NCBI GenBank assembly: GCA_964014485.1
Contig: CAXHAT010000181.1
Location: forward strand, 1-15,821
Origin: an uncultured Deferribacteres bacterium
GTDB taxonomy: Bacteria > Zhuqueibacterota > Zhuqueibacteria > Zhuqueibacterales > Geothermadaptataceae
Direction of reading: 5' to 3'
DNA length: 15,821 bases
Shown here: positions 1 through 7,088 of the stretch, in pieces
Position numbering within the stretch: position 1 is the stretch's first letter
Layout: each line of letters begins with the position of its first letter
Made by a program: the position numbers and the translations under genes
The notes under the pieces: model-generated
Seen by the model: the letters and a program-made list of their open reading frames with translations, nothing else
The model's database searches: none
Told to the model about the DNA's origin: nothing

Positions 1-44
1 CACCAAGAAGCTCGTCGGCAGCGTCAGATGTGTATAAGAGACAG
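1..44 (+). other. Illumina Nextera adapter contamination (P5 tail CAC, 8-nt index-like CAAGAAGC, Read1 adapter ending in the Tn5 mosaic end)
   Basis: 12-44 reads TCGTCGGCAGCGTCAGATGTGTATAAGAGACAG, the Nextera Read1 adapter; 26-44 is the 19-bp mosaic end. It produces the artefactual peptides LSLIHI and YKRQ in the ORF track. Confidence 0.98.
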
Positions 45-963
45 CATCACGGCGTGGTCGACCGGCTTGCCCGTCGCGAGATATTTGTAAAGTTCGGCGG
101 TGAGGCGCGTCGCCCCGGCGTCGGAGACCGGCAGTCCCCAGCCCAGCGCCGTCGGCGCACCCTGCTGCACCATCGCGTAGGCGAAAGCGTTGGCGTCGCG
201 CTGGTTGCTTTTGCCGGTGGAGCATCCAGAGAGAAAGAGCAGTTTCGGCGGATAGTCGCGCAGTTTCTGCCACAGCAATTCCGGCGTCACTTTGTGCAAC
301 TCGCCGATTTCGTTTTCCATGTAAAATACCGGCCCGAGCGGGTCTTCCACTCCGGCGTGTCCGGTAAGATGCACCACGTCGAAGCCGTTGTTCTCTTGCA
401 GCATCGCCTCCAGCCCGTCGAGACTGCCGGAATCTTCGATGCGCATGTCGATTTGAAAACGCTCGACCGCGTCGAGAATTTGTTCTTCTTCGTGCTCAAA
501 GCTCAGCGTACTGCCCGCGAGATCGGTGGGCGAGCAGGCCATGAACAGCATGGAAAGGGCGCGTCTTTCAGACGAGGTTCTTTGCCGGGCGCCGCGTTCA
601 CTTGCTCGGCGCAAAATGTGATTTTTTTTCGTCGAGAAGGAGAAAGCCGCCGGAGAAAAGCAATTCTATGGGCAGGGCGTCGAAGGCGAGAGGCAGATCA
701 AAATGCAAGCGCAGGGTTTCGCCCAAATCGCGGGCTTGTTTGAGCGCGGCGCTCAGTTTGCCGCCGGAGCCGTTGAACAGGGCGAAGAGCTTTTCGCCAA
801 GCGTACGCCCGGCGTATTCTTCAAAGTGCCAGTGCTCGGCAAGAGCCTGTTCAAGCGCGTTCTGCAATTCATTTTCATCAACGGCGTGCGACGGCTGGTC
901 GTCAAAAAACACGGTGCGCCGTCCGTCTTCGGTCTTGTCGGTGAGTTTTACGAAATGCTGCAT
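45..963 (-). pseudogene. CHAT-domain (caspase-like, clan CD) protease, split by a frameshift in an A8 run and cut off at the contig end
   Basis: N-part from ATG 963 (MQHF...LGEKLFALF...LRLHFDLP...ALPIELL). C-part carries VVHLTGHAG (His, 357-359) and LFLSGCSTG (Cys, 222-224). Removing one base from T8 at 622-629 fuses both frames as ...LLDEKNHILRRASERG... Confidence 0.85.
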
Positions 964-1006
964 TAATGGCCCCACGCTGGTTTGCAGGATTGTTCGGGTT
1001 GGCCAG

Positions 1007-1035
1007 AAAATATTGAAAATCCGCTTCGTCGGCAA
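1007..1035 (-). promoter_or_regulatory. Possible sigma70 promoter of the CHAT gene
   Basis: TTGCCG (1035-1030), 17-nt spacer, TATTTT (1012-1007), ending 44 nt before ATG 963. Confidence 0.35.
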
Positions 1036-1096
1036 TGAATATTCTTACAACGTTACGTTGACCTCAAAATACTGCTCTATCGGTACGCTTAGAAGG

Positions 1097-1187
1097 CAGC
1101 CTGAAGGCTGAACTACAAACGACCGTGCTTTCGTTACGTTCAGAATTGACGGAACGCAACGTCGTTTGTAGTTCAAGCTTTAGCTTG
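1097..1187. repeat. REP/REPIN-like inverted doublet, GTAG type
   Basis: Perfect 15-bp IR TGAACTACAAACGAC (1109-1123) / GTCGTTTGTAGTTCA (1161-1175). Each arm ends in a small hairpin: CAGCCT-GA-AGGCTG and CAAGCT-TT-AGCTTG. Confidence 0.8.
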
Positions 1188-1472
1188 TTTATACCAAACG
1201 TTTTAAAGCGGACTTCAACGATTAACAAGCGGTCTGTCTTATAGAATTGGTCATTCAGGCTCAGCGCGTATTTGGAAAGCGCCTTGGCGGAGAGCAAACG
1301 ACGAATTTCCAAATGGGACGTCTTTTTCACCGCCGGAATCATGAGCGGAACCGCCACTTTTTTCGCCCGCTTTCAAAATAGATTCATCCTGAATGACATT
1401 CGATGGACTTTCCAAAAACGCCCGCAGAAAAATGGCGAATGGCGCGGAGCGAATGACGACAATATGAGGCCC

Positions 1473-2729
1473 CTAAATTCTCCAGGGAGTGCGCATCGGT
1501 TGGTGGATCAGTCGATTGGCGCCTTCGTCGGCGATGAAAATCTGCTTCTCCGGATCGAAGCGCAGATTTCTGCCGAGCTGAAGCGCGATTTTGCCGAGAT
1601 TAACGAGCGTTGCGGAGCGGTGGGCGTTTTCTTCATTGAGCGCGAATTTCGTGCGCGTCCGAACCGCCTCGGAGAAATCCGTCATCTGCGGCGGCGGATC
1701 GGGGAAGGCGGCGAGCTTTTTTTGCAGGTCAGGAATGTCGGATTTGAAGCCTGGGTAGAGCTTGCCATTGGGACCTTCTATAAAAGGCGCGTCTTTGTCT
1801 TTCGCTTCGCCGTCGAGAACGATTTTGCAGCCGTCCGCATAGTTCATCTCGATGCGCCGCCATGTTCCGGCTGCATCGGAATCTTGCTGCGGCGCATCCG
1901 CCTCGATGGATATTGGGCTGGTGTGATCTTTTTCCAGCACATACTGCACAGGGTCGAGATAGTGTTGCCCCATGTCGCCGAGTCCGCCGCCGTCGTAATC
2001 CCAATAACCGCGAAAAGTCCCGTGAACGCGATGCGGATGATACGGTTTCCAGGGCGCCGGGCCAAGCCACATGTTGTAGTCCAACTCCTGTGGAACCCAC
2101 TCCGGATTTAGCCCGAGCTTGCCCCGCCAGTAAAATTTCCACGAGAATCCCGTGTGCTCGCTGATTGTTACTTTGAGCGGCCAGCCCAAGAGGCGGCTTT
2201 GCACGAGTTTTTTGATTGGCCGAACTTCCGTCCCGAAGCCATAGAAATCGCTGCGGAATCGAAACCATGTGTTGACCCGGAAAATCCGTCCGTATTTTTG
2301 CACGGCTTCAACGACTTTTTTGCCTTCACCGATGGTGCGCGTCATCGGTTTTTCGCACCATATGTCTTTGCCCGCTTGCGCCGCTGCAACGGCGATAATG
2401 CCGTGCCAGTGCGGCGGGGTCGGGATGTGAACAATGTCAATGTCATCGCGTTCCAGCACCTCGCGAAAATCCTTGTAACCGTCGACGCCCTCGCCGCCGA
2501 TTTCCATCGCACGTTTCAAATGCGTTTCATCCACGTCGCAGACCGCGAGCAATTTAGCCCCGGGATAGCCCAAGTGTCCGCGCCCCATGCCGCCCACGCC
2601 GATGACGGCTCTGGTCAATTCATCGCTCGGGGCAAGATAACCGGGGCCGCCGAGAACTTTGCGCGGGACAATGGTAAACGCCGCCAACGCTCCGGCGGAG
2701 GCTTTTAAGAATTTTCTGCGAGATTGCAT
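1473..2729 (-). CDS. Gfo/Idh/MocA family NAD(P)-dependent oxidoreductase with Tat signal peptide
   Basis: Start MQSRRKFLK (twin arginine) just after AGGA; VIGVGGMGRGH Rossmann motif; TPPHWH; CEKPM; DYNMWLGPAP; GDMGQHYLD. Confidence 0.93.
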   Translation of the reverse strand: MQSRRKFLKASAGALAAFTIVPRKVLGGPGYLAPSDELTRAVIGVGGMGRGHLGYPGAKLLAVCDVDETHLKRAMEIGGEGVDGYKDFREVLERDDIDIVHIPTPPHWHGIIAVAAAQAGKDIWCEKPMTRTIGEGKKVVEAVQKYGRIFRVNTWFRFRSDFYGFGTEVRPIKKLVQSRLLGWPLKVTISEHTGFSWKFYWRGKLGLNPEWVPQELDYNMWLGPAPWKPYHPHRVHGTFRGYWDYDGGGLGDMGQHYLDPVQYVLEKDHTSPISIEADAPQQDSDAAGTWRRIEMNYADGCKIVLDGEAKDKDAPFIEGPNGKLYPGFKSDIPDLQKKLAAFPDPPPQMTDFSEAVRTRTKFALNEENAHRSATLVNLGKIALQLGRNLRFDPEKQIFIADEGANRLIHQPMRTPWRI

Positions 2730-2761
2730 TTCCTGACTCAATTTTGTGTAAAAGTTATCCA

Positions 2762-2789
2762 ATTCTAAAAATTGTGCTTCCGGAAACAA
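2762..2789 (-). promoter_or_regulatory. Possible promoter of the oxidoreductase, with the -35 overlapping the REP arm
   Basis: TTGTTT (2789-2784), 16-nt spacer, TAGAAT (2767-2762). Confidence 0.3.
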
Positions 2790-2877
2790 ACTAAAATTTG
2801 AACTACAAACTACGGCGGCGCTGATTTAGTCTGAGCGTTAAGCAAGCACCGTCGTTCGTAATTCACGCTTCAGTGTG
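2787..2877. repeat. Degenerate second copy of the GTAG-type REP doublet
   Basis: CAAACTAAAATTTGAACTACAAAC (2787-2810) and inverted GTTCGTAATTCACGCTTCAGTGTG (2854-2877); same layout and 91-bp span as 1097-1187. Confidence 0.7.
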
Positions 2878-2918
2878 TTTTACCGTAACTGCTGACCGGG
2901 CTTCTTGAGCTTAAAATC

Positions 2919-2970
2919 ACGACGCATTCAACGAAAAGCAAATGAATTCCGCCAATGATGAATGCGCCGC
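2919..2970 (-). terminator. Stem-loop just after the S8 gene's C-terminal stop, possible terminator
   Basis: GCGGCGCATTCA...TGAATGCGTCGT on the minus strand with G-U pairs, followed by GATTTT; the loop is large (28 nt). Confidence 0.35.
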
Positions 2971-2981
2971 TTGACGTTTTG

Positions 2982-3359
2982 TTATCGCACCAAACTCATC
3001 TTCTTCATCTCGCTGAAAACCGGCGTATTTTGTGCGCCATGAACGGTGATTCGGTAGAAATACACGCCGCTGGCCACCGCCGCGCCGTTGTCGTTCCGGC
3101 CGTCCCAGATCGTCCGACGCCAACCGGGACTTTGCTGCTCTTGAACCAGCGAACGCACCGCTCTGCCTAACGCATCCAAAATCACCAGCTTCACAAATCC
3201 GGCCTGCGGCAGGGCGTAGCGGATTTCCGTCTCTGGATTGAAGGGGTTGGGATGGTTTTGCATCAGTTCAAATTCCAACGGCAGCGTTCCGTCAATATCG
3301 TTTTCCGCCGTTTCTTTAAAAAAGATTTGCTCGCCCAGTGTGCTCACGCTGCTTGAAGG
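2982..3359 (-). pseudogene. C-terminal FlgD-Ig / T9SS type A-like sorting domain fragment of the S8 gene (third frame)
   Basis: LPLEFELMQNHPNPFNPETEIRYALP...ILDALGRAVRSLV...WDGRNDNGAAVASGVYFYRI...KKMSLVR*. Confidence 0.9.
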
Positions 3360-3636
3360 ACTCGCCGTTGCCGTTGAGGGCGGTGACGTAGTAATGGAAC
3401 GTATCATCCGACTGCCCGCTCGAACGAATCTCGACTTCGACGTCGGTGTAACTCGTGCTCGTTGTCGTGCCGACGTACGAATAATTGCAGCTTTGCACGG
3501 AATTGGTGAAGCAGCGATAGATTTTGTACGAAGTCGCACTCGAACTTGCGCTCCAGCCCAACTGTACGTTCTGCCCCGCCTGCCCGGCATTGGTGATCGA
3601 CAAATTCGACGGCGGTGATGGCGGACTTGGCGGCGG
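3358..3636 (-). pseudogene. Fibronectin type III domain fragment of the S8 gene (second frame)
   Basis: PPSPPSNLSIT...VQLGWSASSSATSYKIYR...TSYTD...YYVTALNGNGES is a typical FN3 pattern and has no credible start of its own. Confidence 0.85.
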
Positions 3637-5392
3637 CCGGTCTGAAGCCAACGTACTGCCCGGAACTGGTCCAGACTTCGTAAACATATGTTTCGACCAT
3701 GCATCCCGTTCCTGTGACGTTGCTGATATTGATGTGCGGTTTTTGATAGTTCGGATTGCTGTCGTCCCAGCCAGTTGTGCCGATCATGCGCGCCCAAACC
3801 TCCGGCGGTTCGCTATAAGAAACGGAAAATGAGATTTGCTTTGACACGCGATACTGCTTGACGCTATAAGCGCCTGTGGACAAATCATTCGATCCATACC
3901 AACTAAAAAAAGAATGTGTATGCGTATCCCACATCAATTGTGAACTCATGCCGCCGGAAACCGTGACATGCGTGAGCGTATTCGGCGATTGCAGATTTTG
4001 CAAAGCCTTGAGCGCGTTCACCCGGCCCCAGCCGAACTCGTCCGTCCAATCAGCCCCTTGCATGTCATCCACTTTATCAGCGGATCGGCTGATCAGTTCT
4101 TTGATGTCCTGATCGGTGAGATTGGCGTTGTAGGAGAGCAGAAGCGCGGCAATGCCGGATACGATAGGCGCGGAAAAAGACGTACCAGTCCAGTTCCCAA
4201 TATTGTTGTTATGATTGAGAGACTTAATCGCAACGCCAGGGCCGACAAAATCAATATGATCGCCAGTATTTGAAGAAACCCACAAATTATCAGAATTGTC
4301 CGTCGCGCCAACGGCCATCACAAAACCGCCGTCGTCCTTGCCGCCGAGTCCGGCGGGATAGAGCGTCGTGCTGTTGCCGTTATTGCCCATGGCGGCAACG
4401 ATCCAGGCGCCTTGCGCGAAGGCGTTGTAGCAGCTTTGATTCAGTGTATTATTCTTCTGCGTGGCGATGCTGATGTTGATCATGTCCGCGCCTTTCTCCA
4501 CAGCTTTATTGACCGCCGTAGCCAGCGTATATACGCTGGGGTTACCGTATTCGCTAGTACGCAGCGGAATCAGGCGCGCGCCCATGTTTTGCGAAATGCC
4601 GCCCCAACCCCCGGCGACCCCGGCCATGCCTGTGCCGTTGTTGGTCAACGCCGCGGCGATGGAAGCGACGGCCGTACCGTGACCATGAATATCCTGCGTA
4701 TCGGTCAGACCGGTTCTGTACCAACCATCAAGCACTTTGCTGCTTGAACCGATGCTGCCGCCAAGGTCGGCGAGCGTATGTTCTATGCCGGTATCGATGA
4801 TGCCGATTTTGACGTTGCTGCTACCCGTTGTAATATCCCAAGCCGAGGTTTTCGAAGCGTCATAAGCGTCGACGTCTTTGTCGCTGCTTTGGAACAGCAT
4901 ATACTGACCGGAAGGATCGTCGTTCGGCACGCTGCCGGTGATTTTGGCAACGTAGTTGGGATGCGCGTATGCAACGACCGGCAGGGATTCGAGTTTTTCA
5001 ACCGCGGCCTTGATATCCGCCGTTTCGGGCAGAATCACGACAAAGACTTGCGATTGATCGATAATGCGCACCGGCGCGCCGGTTCTCAGATGCACGCCAA
5101 TCGTATCTCCGGCGGCCTTGGTTTCAAAGACCTTTTCGATCTCGCCGGTGCCGCGCCGCGAAAGCTCGTCCCGGAGCGCTTCCGAATTGAAAGCGACTGA
5201 ACTGAGCGGCAGGCGCTTGACGCCGGAGGGAAAATCAACGATGTTTGGTTTGAGTTTGACGATAACTTGTCCCGGCACGTAGTTCTTCTCCTGGGCTTGC
5301 GCCGAAGAAAAGAACAGCGCCGCCAAAAGAAGAATTTGAACGCAAAGCGCATGGAAACGGGTCTTTGAACTGTGGGAATTTTTGTTTTTCAT
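3404..5392 (-). CDS. S8 family serine peptidase (open part; the sequence after ...VGFRP is out of frame)
   Basis: GGAG before ATG 5392; signal peptide ending SAQA; YVPGQVIVKLK prodomain; triad IGIIDTG, HGHGTAVAS, GTSFSAP; oxyanion AAMGN; FGWGRVNA. Confidence 0.9.
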   Translation of the reverse strand: MKNKNSHSSKTRFHALCVQILLLAALFFSSAQAQEKNYVPGQVIVKLKPNIVDFPSGVKRLPLSSVAFNSEALRDELSRRGTGEIEKVFETKAAGDTIGVHLRTGAPVRIIDQSQVFVVILPETADIKAAVEKLESLPVVAYAHPNYVAKITGSVPNDDPSGQYMLFQSSDKDVDAYDASKTSAWDITTGSSNVKIGIIDTGIEHTLADLGGSIGSSSKVLDGWYRTGLTDTQDIHGHGTAVASIAAALTNNGTGMAGVAGGWGGISQNMGARLIPLRTSEYGNPSVYTLATAVNKAVEKGADMINISIATQKNNTLNQSCYNAFAQGAWIVAAMGNNGNSTTLYPAGLGGKDDGGFVMAVGATDNSDNLWVSSNTGDHIDFVGPGVAIKSLNHNNNIGNWTGTSFSAPIVSGIAALLLSYNANLTDQDIKELISRSADKVDDMQGADWTDEFGWGRVNALKALQNLQSPNTLTHVTVSGGMSSQLMWDTHTHSFFSWYGSNDLSTGAYSVKQYRVSKQISFSVSYSEPPEVWARMIGTTGWDDSNPNYQKPHINISNVTGTGCMVETYVYEVWTSSGQYVGFRPAAAKSAITAVEFVDHQCRAGGAERTVGLERKFECDFVQNLSLLHQFRAKLQLFVRRHDNEHELHRRRSRDSFERAVG

Positions 5393-5531
5393 AACAGAGT
5401 TCTCCATTTGCAAATCCATAGTACTGCTTTTTAGAAAAGCGGGAATTGGGCTGCATCTGGCGATGCAAGCAAAGAGGCCGCGTCTTCCAATAATTTGGAA
5501 ACGGCGTACAACCAGCCGATTTGTTTGTTTA

Positions 5532-5600
5532 GAGCAGGGCTGGGCGTGGCAGCGCCGAGCCTTGCTCGTTCTAAAAGCTCTTCATCGTTATCACCTCCTT
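5532..5600 (-). promoter_or_regulatory. Strong SD, 4-codon ORF (MKSF*) and GC-rich hairpin between the TolB-like and S8 genes
   Basis: AAGGAGGTGA (5600-5591), 5 nt, ATG AAG AGC TTT TAG (5585-5571), then GAGCAAGGCTCGGCG-CTGCCA-CGCCCAGCCCTGCTC (5567-5532). Confidence 0.55.
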
Positions 5601-5621
5601 CGATACCAAAATGTTGATGGT

Positions 5622-6512
5622 TTAGTAGGTTAATTGCCGCTTGTTCGTGCCGTCGGCGTTCATGATCCAAATTCTGCCTTCCGGTTTAAATTCTGAATAA
5701 ACAATCATGGAACCGTCGGGGGACCATGCTGGCTCTGTTCCGCCCTCATCAGTTAATTGTATGATTTCTTCGGTTTCTAAATCCATTGTACAAATTTGGG
5801 GCGGCTCTCCTTCAGTTTGATTCTGCCACAATAAGACCCTGCCGTCTGGCGAGAGGGAAGGGCGGCGCGCACTGCGCGGCGTTCCTATTGAAATCTGCTC
5901 CGATTCGTTCGTCTTTAAATTAAAAGCCCAAATTTGACGTGTTCCCTTCGTATAAAACAACAGTTTCCCGTCAGCAGACCAGCTTGGCCAACCGCCATGT
6001 TTGATTTGATAGCTTTTGTTCATGCCGTCCGGCGTAGAAAACCAAATCCCGCAAGTATCGCCTGAGCAAACCGAGTTTGTATATGCAATGCGTGCGCCGT
6101 CAGGAGACCAGGCCGGTTCCACAGTTTTGAAATAACTCTCCACGACAAAGGTTTGTTGAGAGTTCAGATTATAGATGAGCACCTTGCCGTCTGAGAAAAC
6201 GACATTCTTTCCATCCGGCGACCAACTGCTGCTATTCCCCAAAGTCAAAAAGCGTTTGTTCGTCCCGTCGACGTCTATCAACCAAAGCTGATACGGCGTC
6301 CCGCCATTGGATTGCTCAAGGCTGTCTTGCGGCAAATGAGCATAGGCAATGGTTCTTCCATCGGGAGACCAGGACGGCGTAATATCGATTTGAGTAAACT
6401 CGTTTGCGAAAGGGTTTTCCGGCTCCGAATCGAACAAGCCTTTGCACGCCGAAAGAGCAAAAATGATCAGGATCCCGAGATAGAGCGTTCGTGCTGTTTT
6501 TTTGTGGTTCAT
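5622..6512 (-). CDS. TolB-like (PD40 repeat) beta-propeller lipoprotein
   Basis: Lipobox LSAC after a hydrophobic stretch; six WSPDG-type repeats (WSPDG four times, WSADG, LSPDG). Confidence 0.92.
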   Translation of the reverse strand: MNHKKTARTLYLGILIIFALSACKGLFDSEPENPFANEFTQIDITPSWSPDGRTIAYAHLPQDSLEQSNGGTPYQLWLIDVDGTNKRFLTLGNSSSWSPDGKNVVFSDGKVLIYNLNSQQTFVVESYFKTVEPAWSPDGARIAYTNSVCSGDTCGIWFSTPDGMNKSYQIKHGGWPSWSADGKLLFYTKGTRQIWAFNLKTNESEQISIGTPRSARRPSLSPDGRVLLWQNQTEGEPPQICTMDLETEEIIQLTDEGGTEPAWSPDGSMIVYSEFKPEGRIWIMNADGTNKRQLTY

Positions 6513-6566
6513 GAGGTTTTCCGTTAAAAGGTTAATTGCCGCTTGTTCGTCCCCTCGGCGTTCATG
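5627..6566. repeat. 38-bp direct repeat at the 3' ends of both TolB-like genes (5627-5664 and 6529-6566)
   Basis: AGGTTAATTGCCGCTTGTTCGT-(GCCG/CCCC)-TCGGCGTTCATG, 36 of 38 identical. Confidence 0.9.
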
Positions 6567-6709
6567 GCGTAAATCTGACTCTGCCCCTTGCCCTCCAGAT
6601 TCGAAACGAAGATGATCGGACCAGTCTCATTTTTCGGGCTGAGAGGAAAGTCGCCGCAACCGTAAATAACCGGAACGGCGGCCATCATCATAAAAAATGC
6701 TCGCACCAT
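6524..6709 (-). CDS. 61-aa lipoprotein with one TolB-like repeat, probably an internally deleted paralogue
   Basis: GGAGG before ATG 6709; lipobox IYGC; IIFVSN...QIYAMNAEGTNKRQLTF*, nearly the same ending as the next gene (MNADGTNKRQLTY*). Confidence 0.75.
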   Translation of the reverse strand: MVRAFFMMMAAVPVIYGCGDFPLSPKNETGPIIFVSNLEGKGQSQIYAMNAEGTNKRQLTF

Positions 6710-6834
6710 CGCAAACCTCCCCAAATTTGTTTTCTCATGATTTTAGTTGCAAAATCACGAACTTCGCCTTATCGGGTTTTGAGAATTCCTCAACCCAACA
6801 ATTCAATGTACGTCATTTTCCCCTTTGGTCGCGG

Positions 6835-6893
6835 CGGAAAGTAGAAACGGAAAGTAGAAACGGAAAGTAGAAACGGAAAGTAGAAACGGAAAG
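6835..6893. repeat. Perfect 13-bp tandem repeat, about 4.5 copies
   Basis: (CGGAAAGTAGAAA)x4 + CGGAAAG. Confidence 0.97.
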
Positions 6894-6937
6894 CCCCGCT
6901 TGAACCTGCCTGGCTCCCTCCTTGTCACCCGAGGCTG

Positions 6938-6966
6938 AATATAGACCGGGATGTGCATCGTGTCAA
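6938..6966 (-). promoter_or_regulatory. Near-consensus sigma70 promoter of the TolB-like/S8 cassette
   Basis: TTGACA (6966-6961), 17-nt spacer, TATATT (6943-6938), just downstream of the permease terminator. Confidence 0.75.
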
Positions 6967-6998
6967 GAGAAAATTTTCGCCAATAGATTACGCGTTCG

Positions 6999-7050
6999 AA
7001 AAAACTGCCTTGAAATCCCGGCGCTCAACGCAGAGATTTCAAGGCGTTTT
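6999..7050 (-). terminator. Rho-independent terminator of the permease gene, possibly bidirectional
   Basis: 11-bp stem GCCTTGAAATC (7007-7017) / GATTTCAAGGC (7035-7045), A6 on the left (U6 on minus) and T4 on the right. Confidence 0.75.
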
Positions 7051-7088
7051 CCTGTTGGTAAGCTGGATTTTAGCCACGAATTTGCGCT

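Larger units (their letters stand above)
2982..5392 (-). pseudogene. Secreted S8 (subtilisin-like) protease + beta domain + FN3 + FlgD-Ig/T9SS type A-like sorting domain, broken by two frameshifts
   Basis: Three successive reading frames give one coherent architecture, with junctions near 3634-3643 and 3357-3364. Confidence 0.85.

Noticed and set aside
26..44. Tn5/IS50 transposon end
   Set aside because: It is the synthetic mosaic end within a full Nextera adapter at the contig edge, with no transposase nearby.
30..743. 237-aa plus-strand ORF
   Set aside because: Starts inside the adapter and is the antisense shadow of the CHAT gene.
1064..1357. 97-aa minus-strand ORF
   Set aside because: Runs through the REP doublet, with no recognisable motif or clear RBS.
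1272..2111. 279-aa plus-strand ORF
   Set aside because: Antisense shadow of the oxidoreductase, with no motifs.
5529..5585. Amber readthrough of MKSF-TAG helped by the downstream hairpin
   Set aside because: Readthrough meets TAA after 13 more codons, and TAG is used as a normal stop elsewhere in the window (1473, 13463).
5627..6566. Diversity-generating retroelement TR/VR pair
   Set aside because: Only 38 bp, the mismatches are G/C rather than at adenines, and no reverse transcriptase is present.
6835..6893. CRISPR array
   Set aside because: 13-bp head-to-tail units with no spacers and no cas genes.
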